A program made the position numbers and the translations under genes. DNA of 32,000 nt from the NCBI GenBank assembly GCA_019056805.1, contig DXJG01000004.1, positions 180,001 through 212,000 on the forward strand, written 5' to 3'. Positions within the stretch are counted from its first letter, which is position 1, and each line of letters starts with the position of its first letter. Below the pieces are notes generated by a model. It searched no databases. It was given only the letters and a program-made list of their open reading frames with translations, and was not told the DNA's origin. Positions 17,562 to 27,116 of this stretch are shown here, piece by piece. This DNA is from Candidatus Baldrarchaeota archaeon (lineage in GTDB: Archaea > Asgardarchaeota > Baldrarchaeia > Baldrarchaeales > DXJG01).

Positions 17562-18185
17562 ATGAAAGAAACGAAAAACCTAAAACTAAGGTATGAAGCT
17601 GTCAAAACCATTAAATTTGTGGGCGGAGCGATGCTTGGAGCGTTATCCATAGTGTTAATACCTTTCACGCAATTTATTCCAAACCTACCTTGGGGCATGA
17701 AAATGTTTGATCCTACAAGTTTCCCATGGATCATTGCTTTCTTTCTCTTTGGAACTGAAGCAGCAATAATATCCGCTATGGTAGGAACAATTGGCATAAT
17801 GTTCTTGGGACAAACAGGTTTTATAGGGGCAACAATGAAATTCAGCGCAACAGTGCCTATGTTTCTAGTACCAGCGTTAATCCTTAAAGCTTTACCAAAA
17901 GTCGAATACAGCTCAAAAAATCTACGAAAGCCCTATATATGGTTTTCACTAGCATTCTTTGGGGCATTAGCCAGGTTTATTGTCTGTTTTTTCCTAAACT
18001 TATACTGGGCAGTACCTCTATGGATGGGTCTAACTACAAATGAAGTTTTAGAAATGTTCGGCGGCTACTTTAACTTCTTCCTAATGGTCATTGGATGGAA
18101 TGCTTGGCAAAGCTTCTGGGACGCTGTATTACCATGGTTCATAGTGTATTCAACAAAGCTCGATGAAAATTACAGCTACTGGTAA
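17562..18185 (+). CDS. ECF transporter substrate-specific (S) component
   Basis: PWGMKMFDPTSFPWIIAFFLFG and IGATMKFSAT in a ~200-aa, ~6-TM protein. GAGGG SD before ATG 17562. Substrate unknown. Confidence 0.7.
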   Translation: MKETKNLKLRYEAVKTIKFVGGAMLGALSIVLIPFTQFIPNLPWGMKMFDPTSFPWIIAFFLFGTEAAIISAMVGTIGIMFLGQTGFIGATMKFSATVPMFLVPALILKALPKVEYSSKNLRKPYIWFSLAFFGALARFIVCFFLNLYWAVPLWMGLTTNEVLEMFGGYFNFFLMVIGWNAWQSFWDAVLPWFIVYSTKLDENYSYW

Positions 18186-18280
18186 TCCAAGTCACCATTA
18201 CATACTTCCTTAACCTCATTCTTTTGTTACACTACTCGTGGAGATTTTAAACCATCATGCATATTCTAAAAGGGTAATTC

Positions 18281-19507
18281 ATGAACAACCATGCGATTCG
18301 CTCTGAAGACTATAGAAGAAATATTAAGGTATTAATGTTATCAACAACGATAACTGTGAGCGGATCCCAAATAATCCTACCCTATATTTCCCTCTACTGG
18401 AAAATCATAGGAAAAACATATATTTTTGTAGGTCTTTTAAGTTCTCTTACAACTTTAATTCAAATTTTCGGTTTTTTGATAAGTGGAAGTCTCTCAGATA
18501 GATTTGGTAGGAAATGGATTTTAATTTTTGCAACCTTCGGATACTCTACAGGCTTTCTAGCCTACATATTTGCAGAAAACATTTATGAACTGATTCTAGC
18601 AGCCTTACTAGTTTCAATATTTACATCTATTTCTACTCCCGCCTTTATTGCACTTTTTGCAGACAGTATTCCCTCAAATAAACGAGCAACCTATTTCTCT
18701 CTACTCAACATAACTATCTCTCTACCTTATTATATTGCACCTCTCCTCGGTGGCTATCTTCTTACCAAATATGGTTTTTTATACGGTTTTAAAAGAGGTT
18801 TATTTTTATCCGTTTTTCTTACAATTACTGGAGCTTTTACTAGACTATTTCTTACAGAGACGGTAAAAAAGAATGTTAAAAGAAATAATTTCACTGCAAG
18901 TGGCATTAAAGAAACTCTACTTGACACTTTTAAACTTATGATGAAGTTAGATAAGACTCCTAAACGTCTTTTGTACATACAGTTTTTAGATAAGTTTGCA
19001 ATGGGACTAACAAGTTATTTTGTGATTTTCTACGTATTAGAAGTTGTAGGATTATCTATTTCCCAATACAGCTATGCATTAACATTTTTCGGAATATTAT
19101 GTACAATTCTATCTTTTCCAGCGGGAAAAATTGCTGACAAAAAAGGTTGGACAAAAATTTTACTTCTAACTTTTCTTGGATACTCTTTTCTAAACATCTT
19201 CTTCATTTTCTGCTTTTCTTTCACATATCTACTTGTAATTTGGACGTTATCTGCACTATTTTATACCCTACATACATCTTCTTGGAGAGCATTAACCGTT
19301 GACGTAATTAAGTTAGAAGAAAGAGGCAGATACAGCGCAAGCTTAGAGATGATCGGCCAAATTTCTTTTATGACATCAAGTTTCCTAGGAGCAATACTCT
19401 ACACATATTCAAAACCTTTACCATGGTGCTTTAGCACAATATTAGACATACTAATTTTAAGAGTTCTCCTAAAAATTCATAAAACAAAAACATCCAATAT
19501 CACATAG
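18281..19507 (+). CDS. MFS transporter
   Basis: GSLSDRFGRK motif A, second-half GKIADKKG, and 12 TM helices. Confidence 0.92.
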   Translation: MNNHAIRSEDYRRNIKVLMLSTTITVSGSQIILPYISLYWKIIGKTYIFVGLLSSLTTLIQIFGFLISGSLSDRFGRKWILIFATFGYSTGFLAYIFAENIYELILAALLVSIFTSISTPAFIALFADSIPSNKRATYFSLLNITISLPYYIAPLLGGYLLTKYGFLYGFKRGLFLSVFLTITGAFTRLFLTETVKKNVKRNNFTASGIKETLLDTFKLMMKLDKTPKRLLYIQFLDKFAMGLTSYFVIFYVLEVVGLSISQYSYALTFFGILCTILSFPAGKIADKKGWTKILLLTFLGYSFLNIFFIFCFSFTYLLVIWTLSALFYTLHTSSWRALTVDVIKLEERGRYSASLEMIGQISFMTSSFLGAILYTYSKPLPWCFSTILDILILRVLLKIHKTKTSNIT

Positions 19508-19587
19508 AATACGGAGAGTTGTATCGTCATCAAACAATGTTACACTAGTTTGTTTTATCCAGTGGTAGGTTAAATGGGTGGAGTCAT

Positions 19588-20622
19588 TTGGGAGTATATC
19601 TTACACCAATCATCACATGTAGAAAGAAAATCTCTTTCCATTTCCTTTCAACAAAAAAGGTTGCTTTTGATGCTAACAATGAAATATACCAATTTTTAGC
19701 TTTAATAAGACAACCAGATGGAAAACACTTCACAGATAGAACAGGTAGAGTAACTTCTCACCTCATGGGAGTATTTTATAGAATCACAAGACTTGCAGAG
19801 TATGGAATCTTACCAATCTTTGTTTTTGACGGAGAGCCACATCCACTAAAATTAAAAGAGATAGAAAAAAGAAGAGAGATCAAAGAGAAAGCCGAAAAAG
19901 AATGGATAAAAGCGTTGTTCCGAGGAGATCTAGCAACAGCATGGAGAAAAGCTGTGCAAACAAGCAGGTTAACAAAAGAAATGATTGAAGAGGTTAAAGA
20001 ACTACTAGAACTAATGGGATTACCATGGGTCCAAGCCCCAAGCGATGCTGAAGCACAAGCAGCATATATGGCTACAAAAGGCGATGCATACTGTACCTGT
20101 TCAAGAGATTGGGACAGCCTTCTCTATGGTTCACCAAGACTGGTTAGATATTTAACAATTAGTGGAACAGAATTTCTACCAAGCAAAGGGATAGCACGTC
20201 CCCTAGAACCAGAACTTATCGAGTTAAAGGTCTTATTAGACGATTTAAAAATCACACGAGAACAACTTGTAGATATAGCTATCTTAGTTGGAACTGATTT
20301 CAATGAAGGTGTTAAAGGTATAGGGCCTAAAAAGGCTTTGAAGCTTATTAAAACATATGGAAATATTGAAAACCTTTTGAAAAGTGGAAAAATACGGTTG
20401 GAGGAAAATTACAAAGAAATAAGAGAAATCTTCCTAAAGCCTAAAGTAACAAATAATTATAAATTGGAATGGAAACGGCCAGATAAAGAAGGTATCATAA
20501 GATTTCTTTGCGAGGAAAGAGACTTTAAAAGAGACAGAGTTGAAAATGCAATAGGAAGGCTCGAAAAATTAATGTCGTATATAACACAAAGAAAGTTGTC
20601 TGAATGGTTTTTTCACACATAA
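19588..20622 (+). CDS. fen: Flap endonuclease 1
   Basis: DANNEIYQFL, RQPDG, FVFDG, APSDAEAQAAY, RDWDSLLYG, GTDFNEGVKGIGPKKA and a C-terminal PIP box QRKLSEWF. Confidence 0.97.
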   Translation: MGVYLTPIITCRKKISFHFLSTKKVAFDANNEIYQFLALIRQPDGKHFTDRTGRVTSHLMGVFYRITRLAEYGILPIFVFDGEPHPLKLKEIEKRREIKEKAEKEWIKALFRGDLATAWRKAVQTSRLTKEMIEEVKELLELMGLPWVQAPSDAEAQAAYMATKGDAYCTCSRDWDSLLYGSPRLVRYLTISGTEFLPSKGIARPLEPELIELKVLLDDLKITREQLVDIAILVGTDFNEGVKGIGPKKALKLIKTYGNIENLLKSGKIRLEENYKEIREIFLKPKVTNNYKLEWKRPDKEGIIRFLCEERDFKRDRVENAIGRLEKLMSYITQRKLSEWFFHT

Positions 20623-20661
20623 CAAGATATGAAATCCTATCGTTTGCCTTTTAGACGTGTT

Positions 20662-21501
20662 CTAGGTTTTTATTACCTCCACATTTTTAATGTCATTTTC
20701 ATTCAATTCGACATGGTTTCCCCCAGAACTCCATTTGATGATTCTCATGGGCCTATCTGGAACTAGTCCCATTTTTACCCTGCTAAGATGCCTCCAACTA
20801 ATTGATGCAAAAAATCCTAAAGCAGGGTCAAATGGTATCCAACCAACTATTGGAACCCAAACTTCACACCATGCATGATATTCCCAAGAAATTTCTCTTT
20901 CCTTTGGTGTTATAAATAAGCCCACGACCCTTCTACTAGGAATATTATTAGCCCTAAGTAAAGCTATGAAAAGGTCTGAAAACTCGTCACAGTCTCCTTC
21001 TCTTCTCTTGAAAGCTTCAGCTGCTCCAAGTCTTTCCTTCATTTTACTTTTAAGCTTTAATCTTTCATGAACAAAAGTAAACGTATTTTCTAAAATATCA
21101 ACGTAACTTTTGCTTGTTTTAAAGATCTCATTGGCAGTTTGGGAGATGTTTGAGTCCCAAATTTCCCAATATTCTGTTCCCTTAACATAGTTTTTCAGAT
21201 GGTGTGAAATTTTCACATTTTTCTTGATACCTTTGGGGAGAGGGAACATCACATCCAAAGTTTCCAAACCGATTCTAACGATGCTTATAAGTCCAGTAGA
21301 GGCTTTTAATTTCTTTATTTTTAAAAAACCATAAATATTATCGTCTCCTAGATTTTTAATTCTCATTTTTGGCTGGTGAAGTAAAACAACACCATCTTGA
21401 TGCTCATCTACAGCATATAAAGATATACGTAGGAGAAGTTTTTTCACATCTTTTGCTCCATGATTTGCTATGATATTTTCTAGGTCTAAAATTAATTTCA
21501 C
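20662..21501 (-). CDS. Transglutaminase-like domain protein (cytoplasmic)
   Basis: Triad motifs GDCDEF, YHAWCEV and FDP, plus ALLRANNIPSR. The probable start is GTG 21501 (GGTGAG SD); no signal peptide. Confidence 0.88.
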   Translation of the reverse strand: MKLILDLENIIANHGAKDVKKLLLRISLYAVDEHQDGVVLLHQPKMRIKNLGDDNIYGFLKIKKLKASTGLISIVRIGLETLDVMFPLPKGIKKNVKISHHLKNYVKGTEYWEIWDSNISQTANEIFKTSKSYVDILENTFTFVHERLKLKSKMKERLGAAEAFKRREGDCDEFSDLFIALLRANNIPSRRVVGLFITPKEREISWEYHAWCEVWVPIVGWIPFDPALGFFASISWRHLSRVKMGLVPDRPMRIIKWSSGGNHVELNENDIKNVEVIKT

Positions 21502-21656
21502 ATTACTCACCTGAGTAGCAATACCTCTCCTCCACCTACACACAATAATTCTATTTAGCTTCTTAACAAATTTTTCGCAAACTTTAAGTATCTAAATGTC
21601 GCGACAAAACCATTTTGAATGGTTGAAGATTATAAAAATTGAGTATTAAATCAATT

Positions 21657-22415
21657 TTAAGTTATATTCATATGTTTAATATTTAGCTTTAGTTTACTTG
21701 TAATCCAGTTTATCAATTCTTTTGCTATTTTTAATTTCTCGCATTTAATTTTTGAAGCTGGTTGAGAGCTTTTCAAGCCTGGCTTCGAATATTTACCAAT
21801 AATGGTTCCAAAATCCATTCCAATAAGCAAAATATTTTTAATGTTAAGAAAAGCTGCTAGAAAAACTCCTCGATCACCATCTGTAAATCCTCCAAAATTA
21901 TAAACAAACGGTCTAGGCTCAACCTGGGTAGAACCTATGATCTTTCCTTTAAACAATCTAACGTATTTTTTAAGAGCTTCTATATTATCTCCATGACCAT
22001 GAATAACAGTTATAGAACCTTTTTCATTTGCATATAAAATGTCCTGAACTCTTCCATCCAAATCGGTAACAATTACATGAGGGATTACATTATTTTCAAT
22101 TAAAAATGAAGTTGCACCATCAGCAGAGATCAAAAGTACAGATTCGCCTAAATTTCTTATTATTTTATCAGATTTTTCAAGAGACGGTCCAGTGCCGGCA
22201 ACAGCTGCGCATTCAAAATTAGAGAATGTGTTTTGTAGATCAACAAAAGTTATTACATTCTTGTTTTCCAATATATGGCTTAAAAGATCGGTGGCTTCTT
22301 GATCCCGTTCAAATGTAACTTTTAGCTTACTTTTAATGTAGTTGTACCACTTTGACCATTCATTCTTATCAACGATCCAGCTCACTTTTGAGCACCTAGG
22401 TTTCTCAAATAACAA
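21657..22415 (-). CDS. mptE: 6-hydroxymethyl-7,8-dihydropterin pyrophosphokinase (archaeal, DUF115)
   Basis: AGTGPSL, SADGAT, VTDLDG, HGHGDN and NFGGFTDGDR. Confidence 0.88.
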   Translation of the reverse strand: MLFEKPRCSKVSWIVDKNEWSKWYNYIKSKLKVTFERDQEATDLLSHILENKNVITFVDLQNTFSNFECAAVAGTGPSLEKSDKIIRNLGESVLLISADGATSFLIENNVIPHVIVTDLDGRVQDILYANEKGSITVIHGHGDNIEALKKYVRLFKGKIIGSTQVEPRPFVYNFGGFTDGDRGVFLAAFLNIKNILLIGMDFGTIIGKYSKPGLKSSQPASKIKCEKLKIAKELINWITSKLKLNIKHMNIT

Positions 22416-22559
22416 AATTTAGCATAATGTTACACCTAGTATCTAAACTTCTTAGGACTTTAATTTCTTACTGAACATTAAAGTTAAAATAGAGAGATCA
22501 AAAATAACGCATCATAGTAATTATAGCAAAATAAGAATTTTGTGAGTTGTTAATGATAT

Positions 22560-22700
22560 TTAGGCGGCAACCATTTTCTTTATTTTTTCTTCTAGATTCG
22601 GATTCGAAAATAAGTTATCGATTTCATCTAATACTTTATCTATAACTGCTCCGGCTATGATTTCGATAATTCTTGCGTTGCGCTTTAGTTTTTCGTTCAT
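22560..22700 (-). CDS. Small 46-aa helical protein (below ORF-track cutoff)
   Basis: Hand translation gives MNEKLKRNARIIEIIAGAVIDKVLDEIDNLFSNPNLEEKIKKMVAA*. GGTG SD 6 nt upstream and a BRE-TATA-like AAGCTTTAAATA about 70 nt upstream. Confidence 0.6.
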   Translation of the reverse strand: MNEKLKRNARIIEIIAGAVIDKVLDEIDNLFSNPNLEEKIKKMVAA

Positions 22701-22909
22701 TTCAAACACCTTGTTACGAATCATTAGTTGTAATATATGCTACTACCAATATAAGATATTCTCAAATTATATTTAAAGCTTGCTATTACAGTTTTTATTA
22801 ACTTTATTACAAAAAATGTACTGAAAATTAAGAAAAATTATGAAAAAGTAGGTGACAAAATAGAGAAACACGATTATAAGTAGATCAGATTATCCAAAAC
22901 GGTGATAGA

Positions 22910-23302
22910 ATGAAATTTATGGAAAAAATAAAGCAACGCGTAAAGCAACTAAGGAATGAAACCTATACTCTTTATATTGCATGTAAAGATCCCAGAGTCC
23001 CTTTGCACGTTAAAATACTCATTTCACTTATTGTGGGATACGTATTTAGTCCGATAGATTTAATTCCCGATTTCATTCCGATTTTAGGGCAAGTAGACGA
23101 CCTAATTTTAATCCCATTAGGCATTGCTATCGTACGGAAGATGATTCCTCAAGCAATTCTAGACGAATGTAGGTTAAAATCAAAAGAAATTCTAGATCAA
23201 GAAAAACCAAAAAATTGGACAACAAGCATAATAGTTACACTAATTTGGCTACTTATCATATTGGTAATCGTAATCGTTATAATACGTGTAGTTAAAGTCT
23301 GA
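22910..23302 (+). CDS. YkvA/DUF1232 family membrane protein
   Basis: KDPRVP...GYVFSPIDLIPDFIPILGQVDDLI. Confidence 0.92.
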   Translation: MKFMEKIKQRVKQLRNETYTLYIACKDPRVPLHVKILISLIVGYVFSPIDLIPDFIPILGQVDDLILIPLGIAIVRKMIPQAILDECRLKSKEILDQEKPKNWTTSIIVTLIWLLIILVIVIVIIRVVKV

Positions 23303-23350
23303 ACAACCATTACATGCAATAATGGTTTTAAATCTGTTTGAAATGAAAGG

Positions 23351-25309
23351 GTGAACAGAGTGAGGAAAGTATTTGCTACTTGTCCCAGAGATTGTTACGA
23401 TACCTGTTCTCTAATTGTCTATGTTGAAGATAATAAAATTGTTAAAATTGAAGGTAGAAAAGATCATCCAACAACTCAAGGATTCCTCTGTTCAAAAGCA
23501 AGGAAATACCTAAAATATGTTTACAGCAAGGATAGAGTTTTATATCCTATGAGAAGAGTTGGAAAGAAAGGTGAAGGAAAATTTAAGCGTATTAGTTGGG
23601 AGGAGGCTCTAAAAGAAATAACCAACAAGATAAAAGAAATAATTAGGGAATACGGGCCACAAGCCATATTGCACTATGAGTATGCAGGTCACTGTGGTCT
23701 TCTAAACTATTATTTCCCCTTAAGATTCTTTAATGCAATAGGAGCATCAAGTATTCAACATACAATATGCGATTCTGCAGGAGAAGAAGCAATAGCTTTA
23801 CACTACGGTTTACACTATGGATCTTTCCCAGGAGATATTTTGAAAGCTAAAATGATTGTTTTATGGGGTATAAACTCGGCTTGGACAAATCTTCACGGCT
23901 ACACACTTGTTTTAAAGGCTAAACGTAATGGGGCAAAAATTTATGTTATCGATCCGGTAAAAACGAAAACTTCAAACATAGGGATACACATACGTCCAAA
24001 GGTAGGTAGCGATGCAGCGCTTGCCCTTGGAATAGCAAACTACATCATAGAAAACAATTTGTACGATGAAAAGTTCATCGAGAAATATACTTTTGGTTTT
24101 GAAAAATTTAAAGAGCACGTAAAAAGTTTCACTCTAGATAAGACTTCCAAAATTACAGGATTATCTAAAGAGGAAATCACTAATTTTGCGGAGGATTATG
24201 CCAATCTCAAACCTAACATTATTCATATTGGCTATGGTATGCAACGACATTTAAATGGAGGGGAAATTGTTAGAGCGATATGTCTTCTTCCAGCCTTAAT
24301 AGGCTTACATAGAGGTTTCATCTATTGTAATGGAGTTAGAGATTTCGACCTAGACTATCTTACTGGAAAAAATTTGAGAAAAGTTCCAGAGAAAAGCATC
24401 AATATGGTTCAACTCGGCATGGCTCTTAAAAACGGGGAAATTAAAATGATTTTCATTTACGGTGCTAATCCCCTTATCACCCTTCCTAACCAAAATCTTG
24501 TACGAAGAATTTTCCAGCAAGAGGACTTATTTATCGTTGTACATGATATATTTAAGACTGAAACAGCAAATTACGCTGATATTTTACTTCCAGCAACAAC
24601 GTTCTTCGAAACTGTGGATGTACATGTTTCTTATTGGCATGAATATATCTCTATTAATGAAAAGGCTATTGAACCCTTGGGAGAAGCAAAAAGTAACGTA
24701 GAATTGTTTAAGGAACTAGCAAGGTACATGGGTCTAAATGATAAAGAACTTTATGAAGATGAATGGGAAATCATAAGAAATCTGTTGGCTAAAAGTAAAA
24801 TGGTTAACTTCACCTTGGAAGAATTGAGATCTAAGGGATTTGCTAAACTTAAGACTTTTCCGAAAGATGAATATCAGACGCCATCAGGTAAAATAGAATT
24901 TTACTCTCAAAAAGCTGAGCAAAGAGGTCTAAATCCATTACCACAACATGTAGAAATTAAAGGTAAATATCCTATTTTTCTCCTTACACCTAGGCATCGA
25001 GATATCTTAGGTTCTCAATTTAGAAATGTTATGCCTAGATTTGAACCTGTAATTGAAATAAATATTGAAGATGCCGTTGAACGAGGTATAAAAGATGGAA
25101 ATATTGTTGCTGTGTATAACGATTTAGGAGAAATTGTCTTAAGGGCTAAGGTTTCAGATAAAGTTCCTAGAGGTGTAGCATTAGCATATTTTTTCATTAA
25201 GGATCTAAAGGGAAGATGCATTAATACTCTTACTACTGATGAAACGCAGATTTATGGCGGATGTTCAACATTCAACTCCACTTTCATAGAAATTCGGAAA
25301 TTAAAGTAA
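23351..25309 (+). CDS. Cytoplasmic Mo/W-bisPGD oxidoreductase catalytic subunit (MopB_3/YyaE-YoaE-like, substrate unknown)
   Basis: CPRDCYDTC...FLCSK [4Fe-4S] motif, HTICDSAG (probable Cys metal ligand), LWGIN, YGANP, ADILLPATT, TPSGKIEF and a C-terminal binding domain. No Tat signal. Confidence 0.9.
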   Translation: MNRVRKVFATCPRDCYDTCSLIVYVEDNKIVKIEGRKDHPTTQGFLCSKARKYLKYVYSKDRVLYPMRRVGKKGEGKFKRISWEEALKEITNKIKEIIREYGPQAILHYEYAGHCGLLNYYFPLRFFNAIGASSIQHTICDSAGEEAIALHYGLHYGSFPGDILKAKMIVLWGINSAWTNLHGYTLVLKAKRNGAKIYVIDPVKTKTSNIGIHIRPKVGSDAALALGIANYIIENNLYDEKFIEKYTFGFEKFKEHVKSFTLDKTSKITGLSKEEITNFAEDYANLKPNIIHIGYGMQRHLNGGEIVRAICLLPALIGLHRGFIYCNGVRDFDLDYLTGKNLRKVPEKSINMVQLGMALKNGEIKMIFIYGANPLITLPNQNLVRRIFQQEDLFIVVHDIFKTETANYADILLPATTFFETVDVHVSYWHEYISINEKAIEPLGEAKSNVELFKELARYMGLNDKELYEDEWEIIRNLLAKSKMVNFTLEELRSKGFAKLKTFPKDEYQTPSGKIEFYSQKAEQRGLNPLPQHVEIKGKYPIFLLTPRHRDILGSQFRNVMPRFEPVIEINIEDAVERGIKDGNIVAVYNDLGEIVLRAKVSDKVPRGVALAYFFIKDLKGRCINTLTTDETQIYGGCSTFNSTFIEIRKLK

Positions 25310-25599
25310 AAATGGCCATTGTTGCAATCGCTTGTCTGAATTGACTACCTACACGATGTAACTATTTCAGGGAGTATGATAAACATAACTTCAGTCATTT
25401 TTTCTTAATATGTTTAGAAAATCATCAAAATGATGTAAATTTCTCACGCAAATGTGATATTTTGTTAGTATGTATGAAGTTAAGAACCGCAGATCATTAA
25501 ATGACGTGTAGAAACTAATTGTAGTGTCTGTAAGATTTTACTTACATAGTTTTTGGAAATAAGTTTAATTAGAAAGTCGTATTTCTTGTATTTCCTAAT

Positions 25600-25611
25600 A
25601 AAGCTTAAAAA
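25600..25611 (+). promoter_or_regulatory. BRE-TATA-like promoter of hdrCBA
   Basis: AAAGCTTAAAAA, about 48 nt upstream of the hdrC ATG. Confidence 0.4.
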
Positions 25612-25658
25612 TATCAATACTTAATTTTATCAAGTCAATATAGGCAAGCCTAAAGGGG

Positions 25659-26228
25659 ATGGAATTGGATTCAACAAAACCACTAATTAAAATTGATGAA
25701 GAAACCAGCGATTTTATAGCTGAAATATTGGAAAAAGGGGCGCAAATATTTCCAAAAGAGGAATTAGAGAGAATTCTCACATGTATTCAATGCGGGACAT
25801 GTTATGGAAGTTGTCCTTCTGGTAGAATAACGGCATATCATGTTAGAGTAATCATGAGAAAAGCACAACTAGGCCTCAAAGAAGAGGTATTAAAAGATGA
25901 AAACCTATGGAACTGCACAACCTGCTATACCTGTCAAGAAAGGTGTCCCAGAGAAGTTGAAACAACAGATACCATTCGATTAATTAGAAACATGGCTTTT
26001 GAAGCAGGGTACGTGAAAAAACCACATCTAATAGTTTCAAGGAACTTTATTGAAACAGGACACAGTATACCTTTGAGAGATGAGGACAAGGAAAAGAGAA
26101 AACGTGTAGGTGTATCTGAAATACCTCCAACCACCTTAACCTATCCAGAAGCTCTAAAAGAAGTTCAAACATTAGTTGAAGCTACTGGTTTTAAAGAAAA
26201 GGTTTTAAAACTTTTGGAGGAAGGGTAA
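25659..26228 (+). CDS. hdrC: Heterodisulfide reductase subunit C
   Basis: Two [4Fe-4S] motifs, CIQCGTCYGSCP and WNCTTCYTCQERCPR. Its stop directly abuts the hdrB ATG. Confidence 0.95.
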   Translation: MELDSTKPLIKIDEETSDFIAEILEKGAQIFPKEELERILTCIQCGTCYGSCPSGRITAYHVRVIMRKAQLGLKEEVLKDENLWNCTTCYTCQERCPREVETTDTIRLIRNMAFEAGYVKKPHLIVSRNFIETGHSIPLRDEDKEKRKRVGVSEIPPTTLTYPEALKEVQTLVEATGFKEKVLKLLEEG

Positions 26229-27116
26229 ATGACAAAATACGCTTTCTTTCTAGGCTGCATTGCACCTCTCAGATATCCAGGTCTTGAAGCCGCAACAAAA
26301 AGGGTTATGCAACATTTTAACATAGAACTTTTAGATTTAAATGGTGCATCGTGTTGTCCAGCTCCAGGAGTTTTCGGTAGCTTTGACTTGTGGAACTGGC
26401 TTGTAGTAGCTGCAAGGAATCTTTCACTTGGAGAATCACTTAATGCTGACCTAACAACCATTTGCAATGGTTGTTATGCAACTTTACAAGAGGCATGGCA
26501 CATATTAAAGGAAGATCCCAGCAAACGGAGACGTGTAAACGAAGTTTTAAGTAAAATTAACAGAAATTACAACGCTAAGACAGGAATTAAACATATAATC
26601 GAGGTTTTTGCTAACGATATAGGAATCGACAAAATAAAATCATCTGTTGAAAAATCTCTTGAAGGTCTAAAGGTTGCAGTTCACTATGGATGTCACTTTT
26701 TAAAGCCTAGAAAAATAAGAGGTCATGGTTCGAGTGAGAAGCCGCATATACTTGAGGATATTGTTACAGCTCTTGGCGCCGAGCCTGTACACTATAAGGA
26801 AAAATTGCTCTGCTGTGGTGCTGGCGGAGGGGTAAGGGCAGGCAACCTAGATGCAGCTCTAGAGATTACAGCAAGAAAATTAGCAAGTGTAAAAGAAGCC
26901 GGCGCCGACTGCATTCTTAACCCATGTTCCTTCTGTCACTTTCAATTCGACAGGGGACAGGTAGAACTTCGAGAGAGAAAAGGAATCGAATTTAATATCC
27001 CAGTGATTCATCTTGTTCAACTAGTTGGTTTAGCGATGGGAATTGACCCTAAAAGCCTAGGGCTGTATGAAAATGAAATTCCTCCAACATATCTAGATAA
27101 GCTAGGTTTGAGGTGA
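26229..27116 (+). CDS. hdrB: Heterodisulfide reductase subunit B
   Basis: Two CCG domains: FLGC...SCCPAPG...CNGC and HYGCH...CCGAGGG...CSFC. GTGA overlap with hdrA. Confidence 0.95.
   Translation: MTKYAFFLGCIAPLRYPGLEAATKRVMQHFNIELLDLNGASCCPAPGVFGSFDLWNWLVVAARNLSLGESLNADLTTICNGCYATLQEAWHILKEDPSKRRRVNEVLSKINRNYNAKTGIKHIIEVFANDIGIDKIKSSVEKSLEGLKVAVHYGCHFLKPRKIRGHGSSEKPHILEDIVTALGAEPVHYKEKLLCCGAGGGVRAGNLDAALEITARKLASVKEAGADCILNPCSFCHFQFDRGQVELRERKGIEFNIPVIHLVQLVGLAMGIDPKSLGLYENEIPPTYLDKLGLR

Noticed and set aside
23351-25309. Formate dehydrogenase alpha subunit feeding Hdr
   Set aside because: The ligand region is TICDS rather than the Fdh C/U-H motif, the protein is short, and no fdhB is adjacent.
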